NCBI RefSeq assembly: GCF_001194135.2
Contig: NC_068986.1
Span: 89,304,202-89,368,201 of the forward strand
Origin: Octopus bimaculoides
Taxonomy: Eukaryota
Length of the DNA: 64,000 nucleotides
Reading direction: 5' to 3'
Every line of letters starts with the position of its first letter. Within the stretch, counting starts at the first letter, position 1. Below the pieces are notes generated by a model that was given only the letters and a program-made list of their open reading frames with translations, did no database searches and had not been told where the DNA came from. The position numbers and the translations under genes were made by a program. Of the stretch, positions 1-13,400 are shown in pieces.

Positions 1-539
1 CGGACTATGAACCGCACTGCCTATAGACCGGCAACTCTGAAAATCACAACTAAATCCTCGCAACAACCCATAGGGATACAGCAAATACACATGAAAATAT
101 GGGGAATCAGTGGAACAATTAGTTGCAACACAATTGAGAAACAAAAGCAGTCAGAAAATATACCGAGCATCTTGTATTAACAATTGTGTAAAACTGATTT
201 ATGCCTAGTTAGCAGACAGAAACCGCAAGTCATACACCGTAAACTGCGGCACATATACGTACATAACAGTGGTTCCAGAGCTTTTGATATCACCCTCCCC
301 TTTTGCCATGTTTTGGGATGCTATTCCTCCCCACTGTCATTCCTCTTATTCATTATCCAAGAGGTGCATTTCAACGAATTTAGCTATTTTCAGCAGAAGA
401 ATTGTAACAGCATCCCAAAATGTACAGAAGTTTCTGCTAATTGGACCACTAGTGTGCACGGAAAACCACAATTTTAGTAGAACTGTCTTCTCCTCCTCTC
501 TTGAAGCCAGCCATCTCTCTTCCTGAATCCCTGATAAAT

Positions 540-1500
540 AACATGACAACAACAAAAAAGTATATAAGAAATTATTTATTTACAAACGCAGACTATTTGT
601 TATTTTATTTACAGCAGAGTTCAGTGTGATAGATGTACCTGCTTTGCAGTGACCAGCTCTTTTATGTTCGACTCTGTTCCGGAGAGAGCAAGCCTCATTT
701 CTGGTGTGACATCCAGTCGATTTCGTTAATTCAATTTTGATGGCAAAGAGAGTGGAAAACGCAGTCTCACACTCGTAAGTGACTAGAAATGGCATTAGTA
801 CTCCAAGAGCCATCTTTGCGACATCAGGATATGACCGTACCATTTCATTCCAAAAGTCAGAACAGCACATTTCACAGAAGAAAAAAACATTTTGTACCTC
901 CATCGTTGACCAAATCAATGAACAGCGCTTGAATTAAATTATCTTCTATAGGCAGATCGCTAACAGAGAGTACATAGGGATTCCTGATAAAGCGGCAGTA
1001 TTTGTCAGTGCTGAAGATCGGGAAAAATAAAAAGATATTTCCCTGCCAAGTACTGACATGTGTTGTTTTATGAGTTCAACGATGTCGTCACCGACTTGCA
1101 GCTCGTTCTTATCAATAAACATATTTAGTTGATGAAATGATGTAAAATTCGTTGTATCCAACTTTGGGTGCAAAAGTGCAGGCCTCATTTTGAAAGCACT
1201 TATTTTTTCATGAGAATGAAGCATAACTATATCTTTCCCTTCCCTTGCAGTGAATGATTGACGGCATTCACTGACTCGAAAATGTCCACCAAAAATGCCA
1301 AACAGATCAGAAAACGAACATGGCTTGGCATCCTCTAAAAAGTCGTTCACTTCTTTTCGTTGGAGGAAGATCCTCTTTACTATTTTTTGTCTCGGAAGTC
1401 ATCTCACTTGTGAGTGCAACAGAAGAGTTTAAAATTCAAAACCTCTTTCTTTGCACAACTCGGCAAATATATGGAAGTTGAGTGTGTTCGCTTTGATGAA
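540..1500 (-). mobile_element. Degenerate hAT (Charlie/Buster-like) transposase fragment
   Basis: Minus-strand ORF 580-918 has FWNEMVRSYPDVAKMALGVLMPFLVTYECETAFSTL, matching the hAT C-terminal dimerisation motif. ORF 946-1350 continues upstream. Frame is broken and boundaries are approximate. Confidence 0.75.
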
Positions 1501-1599
1501 GTTCCCCCACTGTAATGACGTAATCTAGAACATTTTCTAATTCATTAAGCATGGTTTTCACCATTAGCAGTTAGGGATTTTTCTTTCACCAAAATCTGA

Positions 1600-1790
1600 A
1601 AACCGGAACGGCAACCAAGCACCGTAACTGGTGAGGAACTAGCAGAGCAGCTTGGATTTAGTCATTGAACCATTCATCGACACCTGCGAGCTATCGGAGA
1701 AGTCAGCAAATTGGATCAATGGGTTCCTCAAAAAATTTCCGAGTCTAATCGCGCGCAGAGGGTGAATGTGTGCCCTCTTTGCTTTCATGC
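1600..1790 (+). mobile_element. Mariner transposase fragment (second HTH to WVP motif)
   Basis: With frameshift it translates to EELAEQLG..TIHRHLRAIGEVSKLDQWVPQKISESNRAQRVNVC. Confidence 0.7.
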
Positions 1791-1804
1791 CACAGGAATG
1801 AACC

Positions 1805-1847
<43 letters not shown>

Positions 1848-1865
1848 TGTCTGTGTATGTATGCC

Positions 1866-1904
<39 letters not shown>

Positions 1905-2702
1905 AATAACAAAGGTGTATAAGTGTCAATTCATCTTTGTTACCCGTGTATATCTTACTCACCTACCCTTGTATTTACTATTCGGAAGTACTTGGAAAGT
2001 ATCGTTATATGAATTGCATGTCTGAACAAACAAAAACGGATTTATTCACTAAGTTGGATTGTGCCATTTGCATACACAGCATAAATATTGGGTGGAAAAA
2101 ATTCTATGTAGAGTTTGATACCTAATATTGTTTGAGCGTACACATAAGTTCGTCTTAGCAAGGTGCCTGAATTTAAGTACCTAATCCAACTGAATCTAAA
2201 TTACATTATGTGTGTGTGTGTGTGTTTAATAAAATTAAAACATGAAAACACACTATCTTGAAAAGCAACACATTCTCTTTTAAATAAAAATAAGACATTT
2301 TGCCAATGCGTTTTATTTCTGCGGGAATTTTAAAATTTGATTAAAAACAAAGCTCAGGAATTATTAATCAGTCCAAAATATACATATGTAGTGGTATGAG
2401 TGAGTGTTCTATCTGAGTGTGTGCCTTAGTGTGTATCTGTGTCCACATCTTAGTGTCCGTGCATGTCTTCTACAACAGCTTTACAACTGGTGTTGGTATG
2501 TTTAGGTACCTGAAGCTTAATGGTTCGACAAATGGTGACCATTAAAATAAGGACCTGAGTCGATTTATATGAATGAACACTCTTCAAGGAGTTGTGCAGC
2601 ATGGCCATAGTCTAATTGACTGTAACAAATAAAAGATAAATAATGTTTATCATCTTTTTTAAATTTTGAAATAAAAATTTGCGATTTATTTTTTTCTTCC
2701 AG

Positions 2703-2794
2703 ACGCCTTGTTGTGTTAAAACAATGTGCTGAACTAGAAAAAAACACAGTGTGTGCAGAATTCTTTAAAAAACTAATTGAGAAAAACTGCCCCC
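2703..2794 (+). CDS. Cys-repeat exon A1-1: [30 protein letters not shown]
   Basis: tttcttccag|ACGCC...CCCC|gtaaga; 92 nt; phase 2->1. Confidence 0.9.
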
Positions 2795-5700
2795 GTAAGA
2801 ATATTTTTATTAATTATATCTTATTGGATGTAATTTTGTATTGATGAACTATATTCGAAAAGATATTAGGAAGGTGGGCTGAAAAGTTCATAAGCTGGCT
2901 TTGAAGGAATGACGCAGGATCTGTGAAATCATGCATGTATTAATTTCAACGATTCTTATTAATAACTGCTTTGTTTGTTTCCAGATAAACTGGCATCTTA
3001 CTGTTCAAGGAAGACTTCAAATGTGATCAGTAGCAACTTCTTTTGAAAATGAACAAAATTTGGTATTGTGGTGTTATCAAGTACCTGCAGCAAAAGGATT
3101 TAGCATTCAAGGACATTCATGTTGCTATGCTTGCTACTTTAGGGAATGGCAGTCCAGCTTTATCAACAGTGCAAAAATGGGCAGTTAAATATAGGATGTG
3201 AAGGGAAAGTCTTGAAGTATATTTTGGCATATTTACACCATTTGTGTAGCAGCGAGAGGAGGTGCAATGGCCCAGTGGTTAGGGCAGTGGACTCGCAGTC
3301 ATAGGATTGCGGTTTCGATTCCCAGACCGGGCGTTGTGAGTGTTTATTGAGCGAAAACACCTAAAGCTCCCACGAGGCTTCGGCAGGGGATGGTGGTGAA
3401 CCCTGCTGTACTCTTCCACCACAACTTTCTCTCACTATTACTTGCTGTTTTTGTTGTGCCTGTAATTCAAAGGGTCAGCCTTGTCATGCTGAATATCCCC
3501 GAGAACTACGTTAAGGGTACACATGTCTGTGGAGTGCTCAGCCACTTGCACGTTAATTTCACGAGCAGGCTGTTCCGTTGATCGGATCAACTGGAACCCT
3601 CGACGTGGTAAGCGACGGAGTGCCAACAAGTAGCAGCCAGAAACTTTCTCCACGTCAAAACTCACTGAACGGCTTTCTTACGGGTTGGAATATGACTCAA
3701 GTATATTTGAACTGATAAAAGCTATGTATTTATACACATTCCTGCTTAAAGCTGCCACCACATAATTAGTTTGCAGTGACCCACCGATTAGCACTACCAG
3801 TCATTGCACAATGATGAGAATATCAAATGAGAGACTGCCTCTCAGATCAACTCTCTAATTTTTATTACTGAGACGAGATAACCACTCCGAAATACTTGCA
3901 TCTCAAAGTCTGGGTAGGTGACACTGAGAGCTGACTTTGGTCTATTTTCACTGTTTGACTGTAGCTGAAAGTTGCCTCCACGACAAAATACAGTAAACGG
4001 CTTTGTTAGGGATTCGAATATGAGTCAAGCATATTTGAACATTTAAAATTTTGTGTCTGCAGAAGGCACATTGTGCAGTGCCACGATACATGAACATATC
4101 TGCATGACACGAGAATTACACAGAAATGGAAATCGAAAGACTACATCCGTATTTCTCAGTCATGCGAGTAATCAGTAAAAATCCTTTATGAACAAACCTA
4201 TGCTTAGTGAAATTTACCCTCTTCTGGTATGGGAAAACAGAGATTACCAAATTGCTGGTGTCAGAAATGGAATGGCGCGCAATGTATGTATGTATCTATG
4301 TATGTATGTAGATTGATGAAGACATACCTGTATATACATATATGTAAATATACACATGCGCGCGCACACACACGTATATTATACATNNNNNNNNNNNNNN
4401 NNNNNNNNNNNNNNNNNNNNNNNNNNNNNNNNNNNNNNNNNNNNNNNNNNNNNNNNNNNNNNNNNNNNNNNNNNNNNNNNNNNNNNNNNNNNNNNNNNNN
4501 NNNNNNNNNNNNNNNNNNNNNNNNNNNNNNNNNNNNNNNNNNNNNNNNNNNNNNNNNNNNNNNNNNNNNNNNNNNNNNNNNNNNNNNNNNNNNNNNNNNN
4601 NNNNNNNNNNNNNNNNNNNNNNNNNNNNNNNNNNNNNNNNNNNNNNNNNNNNNNNNNNNNNNNNNNNNNNNNNNNNNNNNNNNNATATATATATGTATGT
4701 ATATAAATCTTTTTTTGTAGGAGCGGGAATATTTGAATTTTTAAGTAAATTCATAAAGCTATATAAAATGGACATATTGGGTTCAAAATTACTTCTGTAT
4801 GTGTGCGTATGTGTGTGTGAGTGTATGTGCGTGTATACATGCATACGTACACACATACATACATACAGACAGACAGACAGACAGACAGACACATACCTAC
4901 AAACATACAGGCCTGATCAATAAGTATCCGGACTGTTGCAATAGTAACGAAGCTAAAGCATGAAGAATGAAGCCGCTTGGCACAGGTTGACCTTCAACTC
5001 CGCAGTGCAAGTGCACTAACTTTTAACATGCTTGGAAGGAAGTTGTGTAACATGTGATCGTCGCATTTACCATAACAGAGAAAGTTGTCAAAGTAAAACC
5101 TGTCCAGAGGCTTACGCAAGGTTGCAGAAAGTGTAATTTCTGTATGTTTTCTTTTCTTGCTCGACCTACGTGTCGATTCTGCATTCACTTGTGGTTTGGG
5201 GACCTCGAACATGTAATACCATATATCCACTGGCTCATCTTGGTATACCCTTTCTTTAATTGGTTAAAATGCCTTTAATGTTCATAATTTGATCCTTTTT
5301 CCATGTACATTCCATTACCTAGACGTTCAGTTATATTACCTTGTTCCCAGTCCTGTTTTCCATTGTTATATATTTTAAAATACACTTCATCACCAGTGTT
5401 AAAAAATTTCGTTCGACTTCTCGAATTTTGTATTTTCCGTTTCCTACTCGGCAGAGGTTTGTCAAACACAACGAATCTTTCTGGAGAACATCAAATCTGA
5501 GGGTGACTTGCCCGAATCTGTATTTGGATATGGTGTTATTCTGTACAATTGTAATAACTTTGTCATATTTCTATCTTCAAAAGTTTATGTCTGGTCTTTC
5601 TTAAGGCTCTCATGAATGTGTCGACGAATCTTTCCACTAACGCATTTGCCCTCGGATGGTATGGCGGAGTTAATACATGCTTCATCTACACTGACTTACA

Positions 5701-7032
5701 AATGCACCGTCTACAACATAGTAAATAAATCCTATAGCTACTACATAGGATCTACCACAAATTTTTAAAGATATTATGTACATTTAAACTCGTTTGAATA
5801 TAAAGAGAATAACAATTCTACATCGCTAGCTAGCCACATACACCATCTAATTAATGGAAAAATACAATATAGACTTTCCCGGGCTATAATAGACTCTGGT
5901 ATGTTATATCAGGGCCAGTATTCCGTTTGTGGACTCTACTTAAAGGAAGCTCTCGAAATTTTAACCTATAACTAACCACAATTGCTTAACAAACACAACG
6001 AAGCCTTCACAACGTGTAAACACAAATTGTTCCGTACTTTTAAATTCTTTCATAAATCTAAGTGTAAATTCGCCCCTACGAATATCACCCACATGCAAAC
6101 CGCCATGATCATTAACACATACCCATCTATATCTCTTCTATCAACCTTACCTCATCACTTTATAAGATAAAGCTTAAGTCTTTAATTTATTTTTAAAGTT
6201 TAACCTAATAAACCTCCTAATATTTAATTCTACTACCTACTCCTAAATAATTTAACATTCAACTAGTTTCTCCATCCACGACTACCTACACACCCGTAAC
6301 TCCATTGCTAAAAATAACTCTACATCCACTGATCTTAGCCAGAACGGAAACAAGTATTTACTACTAGATTTCATCCCCCAACCCCTATAGATCATTAGAA
6401 TGCTACTGGCACCTACTATTCTCTTTAAATTCATTTCATTTTGCCCTATTCTGTTTTTTTTTGTTTTTTTTTACGTTATCTTCTTTTGCCTCCTCCTCCT
6501 CCTCTCTCTTATCTTCTTGACTATCTTTGTACACTATATTCTTAGATCGTATATTTTTATATACCTTACATTATCCTTAACGCCAATCCTTAATTCCACC
6601 TCACTCTATCTACCTCCCTTTCTATTTATTTATTTTTCTTTCTTTTTACCACTTAATAGTCACCTCCGTTACCATTCTGTTATTGAAAGTTGATATATTC
6701 GCGTTTTTTTTTTTTCTGGATTTACGCAGGATTGCACCTAAGGACTTATGGACTTATATCTACAAGGTTGGAAAGTTAAAGTGTGAACGTTTATGCTTTT
6801 TTCTTCTCTTTCTTCATCTCCTTATTCCTTTATTCCTGTCATCTATATCGTCATTTCATTAATCTTATTTTCCCCATTTCTCTTTGATGACAGAATATGA
6901 CATACTTTGGGATGTCCCAAAAACAGCTGTCAGACATTTAATTTATTTCCAATAATGTATATGACTTAAGAAGTTTGCCTTGCCTTAATGCTTGTTGTCC
7001 TCTTTAATATACATACATACATATATATATAT

Positions 7033-7107
<75 letters not shown>

Positions 7108-7425
7108 CACACNNNNNNNNNNNNNNNNNNNNNNNNNNNNNNNNNNNNNNNNNNNNNNNNNNNNNNNNNNNNNNNNNNNNNNNNNNNNNNNNNNNNNNNN
7201 NNNNNNNNNNNNNNNNNNNNNNNNNNNNNNNNNNNNNNNNNNNNNNNNNNNNNNNNNNNNNNNNNNNNNNNNNNNNNNNNNNNNNNNNNNNNNNNNNNNN
7301 NNNNNNNNNNNNNNNNNNNNNNNNNNNNNNNNNNNNNNNNNNNNNNNNNNNNNNNNNNNNNNNNNNNNNNNNNNNNNNNNNNNNNNNNNNNNNNNNNNNN
7401 NNNNNNNNNNNNNNNNNNNNNNNNN

Positions 7426-7461
<36 letters not shown>

Positions 7462-10400
7462 CACGAAAAGTTAAGCATATTGTTACTAAAAGTCAGCATA
7501 AGAAGAGATCTGAATTTACTCGCATGTCAATTACAGTAGTCGGAGGTTTAAGTTGATGATGGTTTAAAATGCTACACCATGAATGTAAAATGGTGATTAA
7601 AATACAAATGCAATTATTTGATTATGTCTTTATTTCTAATACAATTAATTCGCCACGCTGGCAGAATCGTTAGCACGCCGGGCGAAATGTTTGGCGGTAT
7701 TTCGTCTATCTTTACGTTCTGAGTTCAAATTCAACCGAGGTTGACTTTGCCTTTTATCCTTTCGGGTCTGATAAATTAAATACTAGTTGTGAACTGGGGT
7801 CGATCTAATCGACTGCGCCGCCATCCCAAATATTTCAGGCCTTGTGCCTCTAGTAGAAACGATTTTTTCTGATACAATATTGTGATAATTGTCACTATTT
7901 TTGTATCAATCTAACTGAACTACCACTATCGTTTGCTACGCACAAAATTTTAAAGGCATTTCTATTTCGTTAAACCACGTAATATGTATGGCGAAAAATA
8001 ACACAGATTACGTCCGTATATAGATGCTTGAATTTATTTTGTATTATGTAATATATCATGAGGATGTCAAACGCTTTTAGGATACAATAAAAGGTGTCAA
8101 ATTTGAATGTATTGCAGCGGCCGACAAGTGTATGATTTCTTTCAAAGAAATTTGTCCTGAAGCGGAAAAAAAGTATCCTATACTTATACCAGATACGAAT
8201 TACTGCAGGTACATATATCTTATTATCAATCTTAAAATTTATTATTTTACATGGAATGTTTGAAAGATTGTACATCTAATTACTCACTGGTACAAATTAC
8301 TTCTACTTATTACGTTATTTGCTTGGAATAAACAAGTTTCAATACGAAACAGTAATTGACAGGTGCTAACATCATCGATCTAAAATTGGCGGGTATGGAC
8401 AACGGTATGTAGGGAATCAATATTTAGCCGATAAATAACTTTATGGCTAATTCCAAATATAGGCACCAGTCCACGAATGTGCACTTAAGACAGTGGTTAT
8501 TGAATAATTCACGCCAATCTTTAGAAAACTTAGAGTGATATCAGTCTTTATATCATACTTAAAGCAGACAGACGCATCATAAGCTGCAGTATTTATTTTG
8601 TGATAACATCTCTTATAGACGTACAGCATTAAAATAAAACACATAAATACATCAGTCATAGGTGGAAATTTTCAGAAATTGTAGTGGAATTGTTATATAT
8701 GTTTTTCTGTCACTCGGGATTTTGTCAAGAGCAAGTATTCACTGGCAATCGCATGTTGAGCCCGAATCAGCCGTTACTGGTGTCATCACGAAAAAAAATA
8801 ACTATTCAGAATTTTGTTATTTTTAAGTATAGTAATGACCTCATTCAGTCATGAATGGCTATGAGATTGCACTTAGATTGCACTTCCAAAGCACAAGTCC
8901 AGGTAAGGTTGTTCATGGAAGACCGGCAGTTGCCCATACATACCAGCCTCCCATCTCCACGCCACCGATGCTATCCTAGGGAAAGACAGAGGCCGATACA
9001 GCTTGGCACCAGTGGTGCCACAGATAATTTCTAAAGCTGAGTGAACTGGAGCAATGTGAAATAAAGCGACTTGCTCAAAAATACAATACACAGCCCAGTC
9101 CGGGAATCGAACTCATTACCTCATGACTGTGAGCCTCACATTCTAACCACTGAGCTATATGTCTTCATTAGTCATGTGTATACACTTATGATTAAGTGTA
9201 TTTTTTCTCTAATGTTTCACAAAACAAAAGATCATTTTCCTAACGAAATGTGCTAGTATTGTTAAACCAATAATCCTCATTGCCAGCGGTTCGATATCAA
9301 TTTGCAAATTATAATTCGTCACTTGATTAAAAATTATTTTGCCTATCCCAGAAATAACAAAAACAACTTCAACCCAGTGACAGCTTAATTTCAGAATGTG
9401 AATAAGATGATTAGATACTTAAAGCTGATACACAATTTATGAGCGGTAACGAAGTTTAAATGTAGTACATGGTTAATAGAAAATATTGCCAAGTATATCT
9501 AAAATTTTCATTTTTCTGAAATCAATTTATTTTACCTTTATATTATAGTCGTTTGCGCGTATATGAAGTATGTGCTTATTCGAAAAGCCACTCCTGCAAA
9601 CTGCACTTCAACGAACTCATTCATGCAATATGTGAAGGTACGATTTTTTATTTTGTGTTTTCTTTTTTTTTGTTTTTTTCTGAATGGTCGAAATAGTGCC
9701 GCTTTTAAAATCAAGGTGTAGTTCTTCGCTGAACCTGGTGAGATCTCTTTTGTGCTGTTGCAGATTGATGACATTCAAAAATTTCTCCATCGAATAATTG
9801 AATAAATATATGACGGTAATGACAGTGATGATGAAATCACAGGCAACATCAGTGTCTAACAACAAACTCACTATACCTAATATTAGCAACATCATGACAA
9901 CTGTAGAAAATGAAAGCTAAACACACACAAAGGTACCATAATCGAAAAGCGTAAGACGTACGCTATCCTCTTAGACCCCCAACTTAATTTATATTTCTCT
10001 GTAGCATTGTAAACCTATAAAAAAGATTGTGAAATTTATAAAAGACAGTTGTTGAAAATGAAAATAAGTTGCATTAAATCTAAAAGTATTATTAGAATTA
10101 TCAATAATTTTCAACTACGTAAGACAAAATTTAACCCGGAATATGTATGGTCAGTATTTGAATAATTATCAACATTACTTTTATCTAATTTCAAAATTAC
10201 AACACAACTCCTATCCATTGGATGGCACAAAATCGCATAATTATGTAGATGACACCCATTCCGTCGGTTACCTCCGTATTATGGATTACAGCAGATACTA
10301 TGGATTCGCAGTAGAAGTAAATGCTTTAATTTATGGTATATCATGTAGTATTTTCGCTATATGGTAAGAATATTTTGAGAAATTAAGACGGAATATGTCA

Positions 10401-13400
10401 CATTTGTAGCTCATGAAGAACAACGTGACTGCATGGAAATATACAGAACAACTTGCTTCAAGGCCTTTAACGATTATCCTGAATTGAATCCAGATACAAG
10501 CTACTGCAAGTACATATATTTACTTACTACTATCTCCTACATTATTATATTTATTTGACATTTCAATGGTCAGGAAGTGTGTTTTGCAAGAATGTGGTTA
10601 CGGATCCTGTCTCACTGCGCAGCAATTTTGACGATTACCTCTTATATAGACTCTCGCACCCGACGACTTGTGGCTGGATAAATTTGATTGATGGAAATCT
10701 TGAGTAAAATGTCGTATGTATGTATGTATGTACGTGTGAGTGTGTCTGTGTGTTTGTGTGTGTCATGACGGCGTATCCTGAGATTTTCCTTCAGCACTCG
10801 ATACATTTTAAACTTTTGAGATAATGTAATTGTATATCTTCATCTTCCAGACGCCTCTTCGTATTTCAAAAGTGTGCTGAAGGTGATGATAATAAGCACT
10901 GCATGACTTATTTCGACGCAATCTCTAAAATCCAATGTGGCGGTAAGATCTGAGTTATTTTGCCTGAATATAACGCAATCATTAAACTATTAAATCAAAC
11001 TATGTAACATGATTAATATGTCTGTCAGTAGTCTTGCCTAGTACGACATAACAAACAGGAAACATCACGAATACAAGATAGATATGCTCAGCATAGCTTA
11101 TGAAATCCTTTTCCAAGATAATGTACTCTATTACCCGCAAAACAAAAGTCTGTAGTCATAAGATAAACCATCTAGATTGTCTCTTCTTCACTACATTTCT
11201 GCATGGCACCGTTATACAATAATGAGTTGTTAAAACACCAAATTTAACAGTTATGTAAATACAAATATATTACTCCCAACCCGAAGGTATAATATCAAAA
11301 TTGAAATATTTATAATGCCAAACGCAACAGGAAAAGCAGGAAAACGGGCAGTAATATGATAGACATTTTTGCTTAAATCTTGCTGAAGTAGCCGCATTGT
11401 TTGGCATACATAAAATGGTAATATGTCGTACAGAAATTATCTTTGTCATCGTCAAACTGCATAAGATAGATTACAAATGATATGTATTAAAATCATAGTT
11501 AAATGCTTTAATTTATATTGTATCATATAATTTTTTCTCAATTCGTCAATTATATTATGATGTAAAGAAATAAAATATCAAAATGTGTTGTAAAATCAAA
11601 ATGTATTGCAGAGGAAAATATATGCGTACATGAATTGCAAGTAAAATGCCCGTCAGGTGAAAAATTGTATCCGATTGGTAACCCAGATTTCAATTACTGC
11701 AAGTACATATATTTTCATACTACTCTTACTATTCTTACATCTAATATTTACATGTTTATATATTTCTCACATCGATACTAATATTGACATGGTTGCTTGG
11801 AGTGTGTTACATTCAATAGAAAACAGTTAATTACAAATACTGACTACGTTGAACTGAAAATGCAACAATATCGGCAATATAACTACAATACCTTTTGGCA
11901 GATCAATAAATATTGGGTTGTCCGGAAAGTTCGTGCCGATTTATAGTAGCTTACCTTTCGACTTATTTTAGAACATGGCTGAGTCCTTAAAATAGGATTT
12001 GACTACATCTCTATTTAGAGCACAGTTTAAGCTATCTTTTCGTGGAAGAAGGTTTATGTTCCTATAACCTGTGTTAATTCTGTAACCCTTTAAAATAGAA
12101 GATGAGAAAATTCAATTTCGGCACTTGATGCTTTCTTTTTCCGTAAAAAATGCCTCATAAACAACCAAAGAAATATGCGCAGTTTACAGTGATGTTTCTT
12201 TATCCGAAAGAACTGTGCGGAAGTGGTTCGCAAGGTTCAGAGCTGGAGATTGTAGCCTTATTGATAAAGAGCAATCAAGCAGACCATCCACTAGAGATGA
12301 TGACCAAATCAAGTCATTAATTGAGAATAACCCACATTGCACAACCCGAGAATTGGCAGAAAGCCTCAATATATCAAAATCCGTCGTTCATGAACACCTG
12401 GTAAAGCTTGGGTGCACAAATCGCTGCGATGTTTGGGTACCACATGAGTTGAGTGAGAAGAACCTTTTGGATCGCATTTCCATCAGTGATTCGCTTTATA
12501 AACGGAATGAAAACGCGCCTTTTTTAAAGCAAATTGTGACAAGTGATGAGAAATGGATTATCTACCAAAATGTTCAGAGAAAGCGATCCTGGAGTAAGCG
12601 ACATGAGCCACCCTTAGCCACCCCAAAAGCGGGTCATCACTCTAAAAAACTCTTGCTTTGTGTCTGGTGGGATTGGAAAGGAATTCTGTACTATGAGCTT
12701 CTCCCAAGTAACTAGACAATTAATTCTGAGAAATACTGCATACAACTGGACGAGTTAAAAGCAGCAATTCAAGAGAAACGTCCAGAATTAGCCACAGGAA
12801 GGGTGTTGTTTTCCAACATGATAATGCAAGACCGCACGTTTCTTTGGGAACCAGACAAAAATTGCTGCAGCTCGGCTGGGATGTGTTACCCCACCCACCG
12901 TATTCACCAGATATTGCTCCTTCGGATTTTCACTTATTCAGGTCTCTGCAGAATAGTCTTAATGGTAAAAGTTTCAATTCCTTGGATGACGTAAAAAGAT
13001 ACCTTGATGAATTCTTTGCCATGAAACCACCTCAATTCTGGGAAGAGGATTTTTCAAGTTAAGGGAAAGATGTAGACGCATTGTGCAACAAAATGGCTCA
13101 TATTTGGTTGATTGAAAATATAATAGCATGTATTTATTGACCTTTTTCTCTCCTTTAAAAATCGGCACGAACTTTCCGGACAACCCAATATATAGGTAAT
13201 ATCATGTATGAGTACATTTACACAAATGCGAACTTAGGACAATGGTTCATGAAAGATCGATATCAGTCTTTAACAATATGTTATACTTTAAAAAACCTGC
13301 AGTAATGTCGATCGTCTTGGAAAACATGCTATTTAGAATTGTGTTATTCAGAAGAAAAGTATGATAAATAAATATTTAGTTGTATCTTTTATTCTAATAC

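Noticed and set aside
3258-3330. tRNA-like sequences (also 9090-9160, 19331-19400, 52417-52490)
   Set aside because: These are SINE heads fused to repeat bodies; I could not fold complete cloverleafs, so they are not called tRNA genes.
4229-4892. Long ORFs spanning N runs or (AT)n/(GT)n tracts (also 6985-7464, 31333-31930, 45560-46581, 53186-53692, 60977-61907, 62631-63060)
   Set aside because: They are artefacts of assembly gaps and dinucleotide repeats (YIYI, CVCV, X runs).
12215-12715. 166-aa ORF suggesting a SETMAR-like host gene
   Set aside because: It lies between perfect mariner TIRs, has stops and frameshifts, and has no SET domain.
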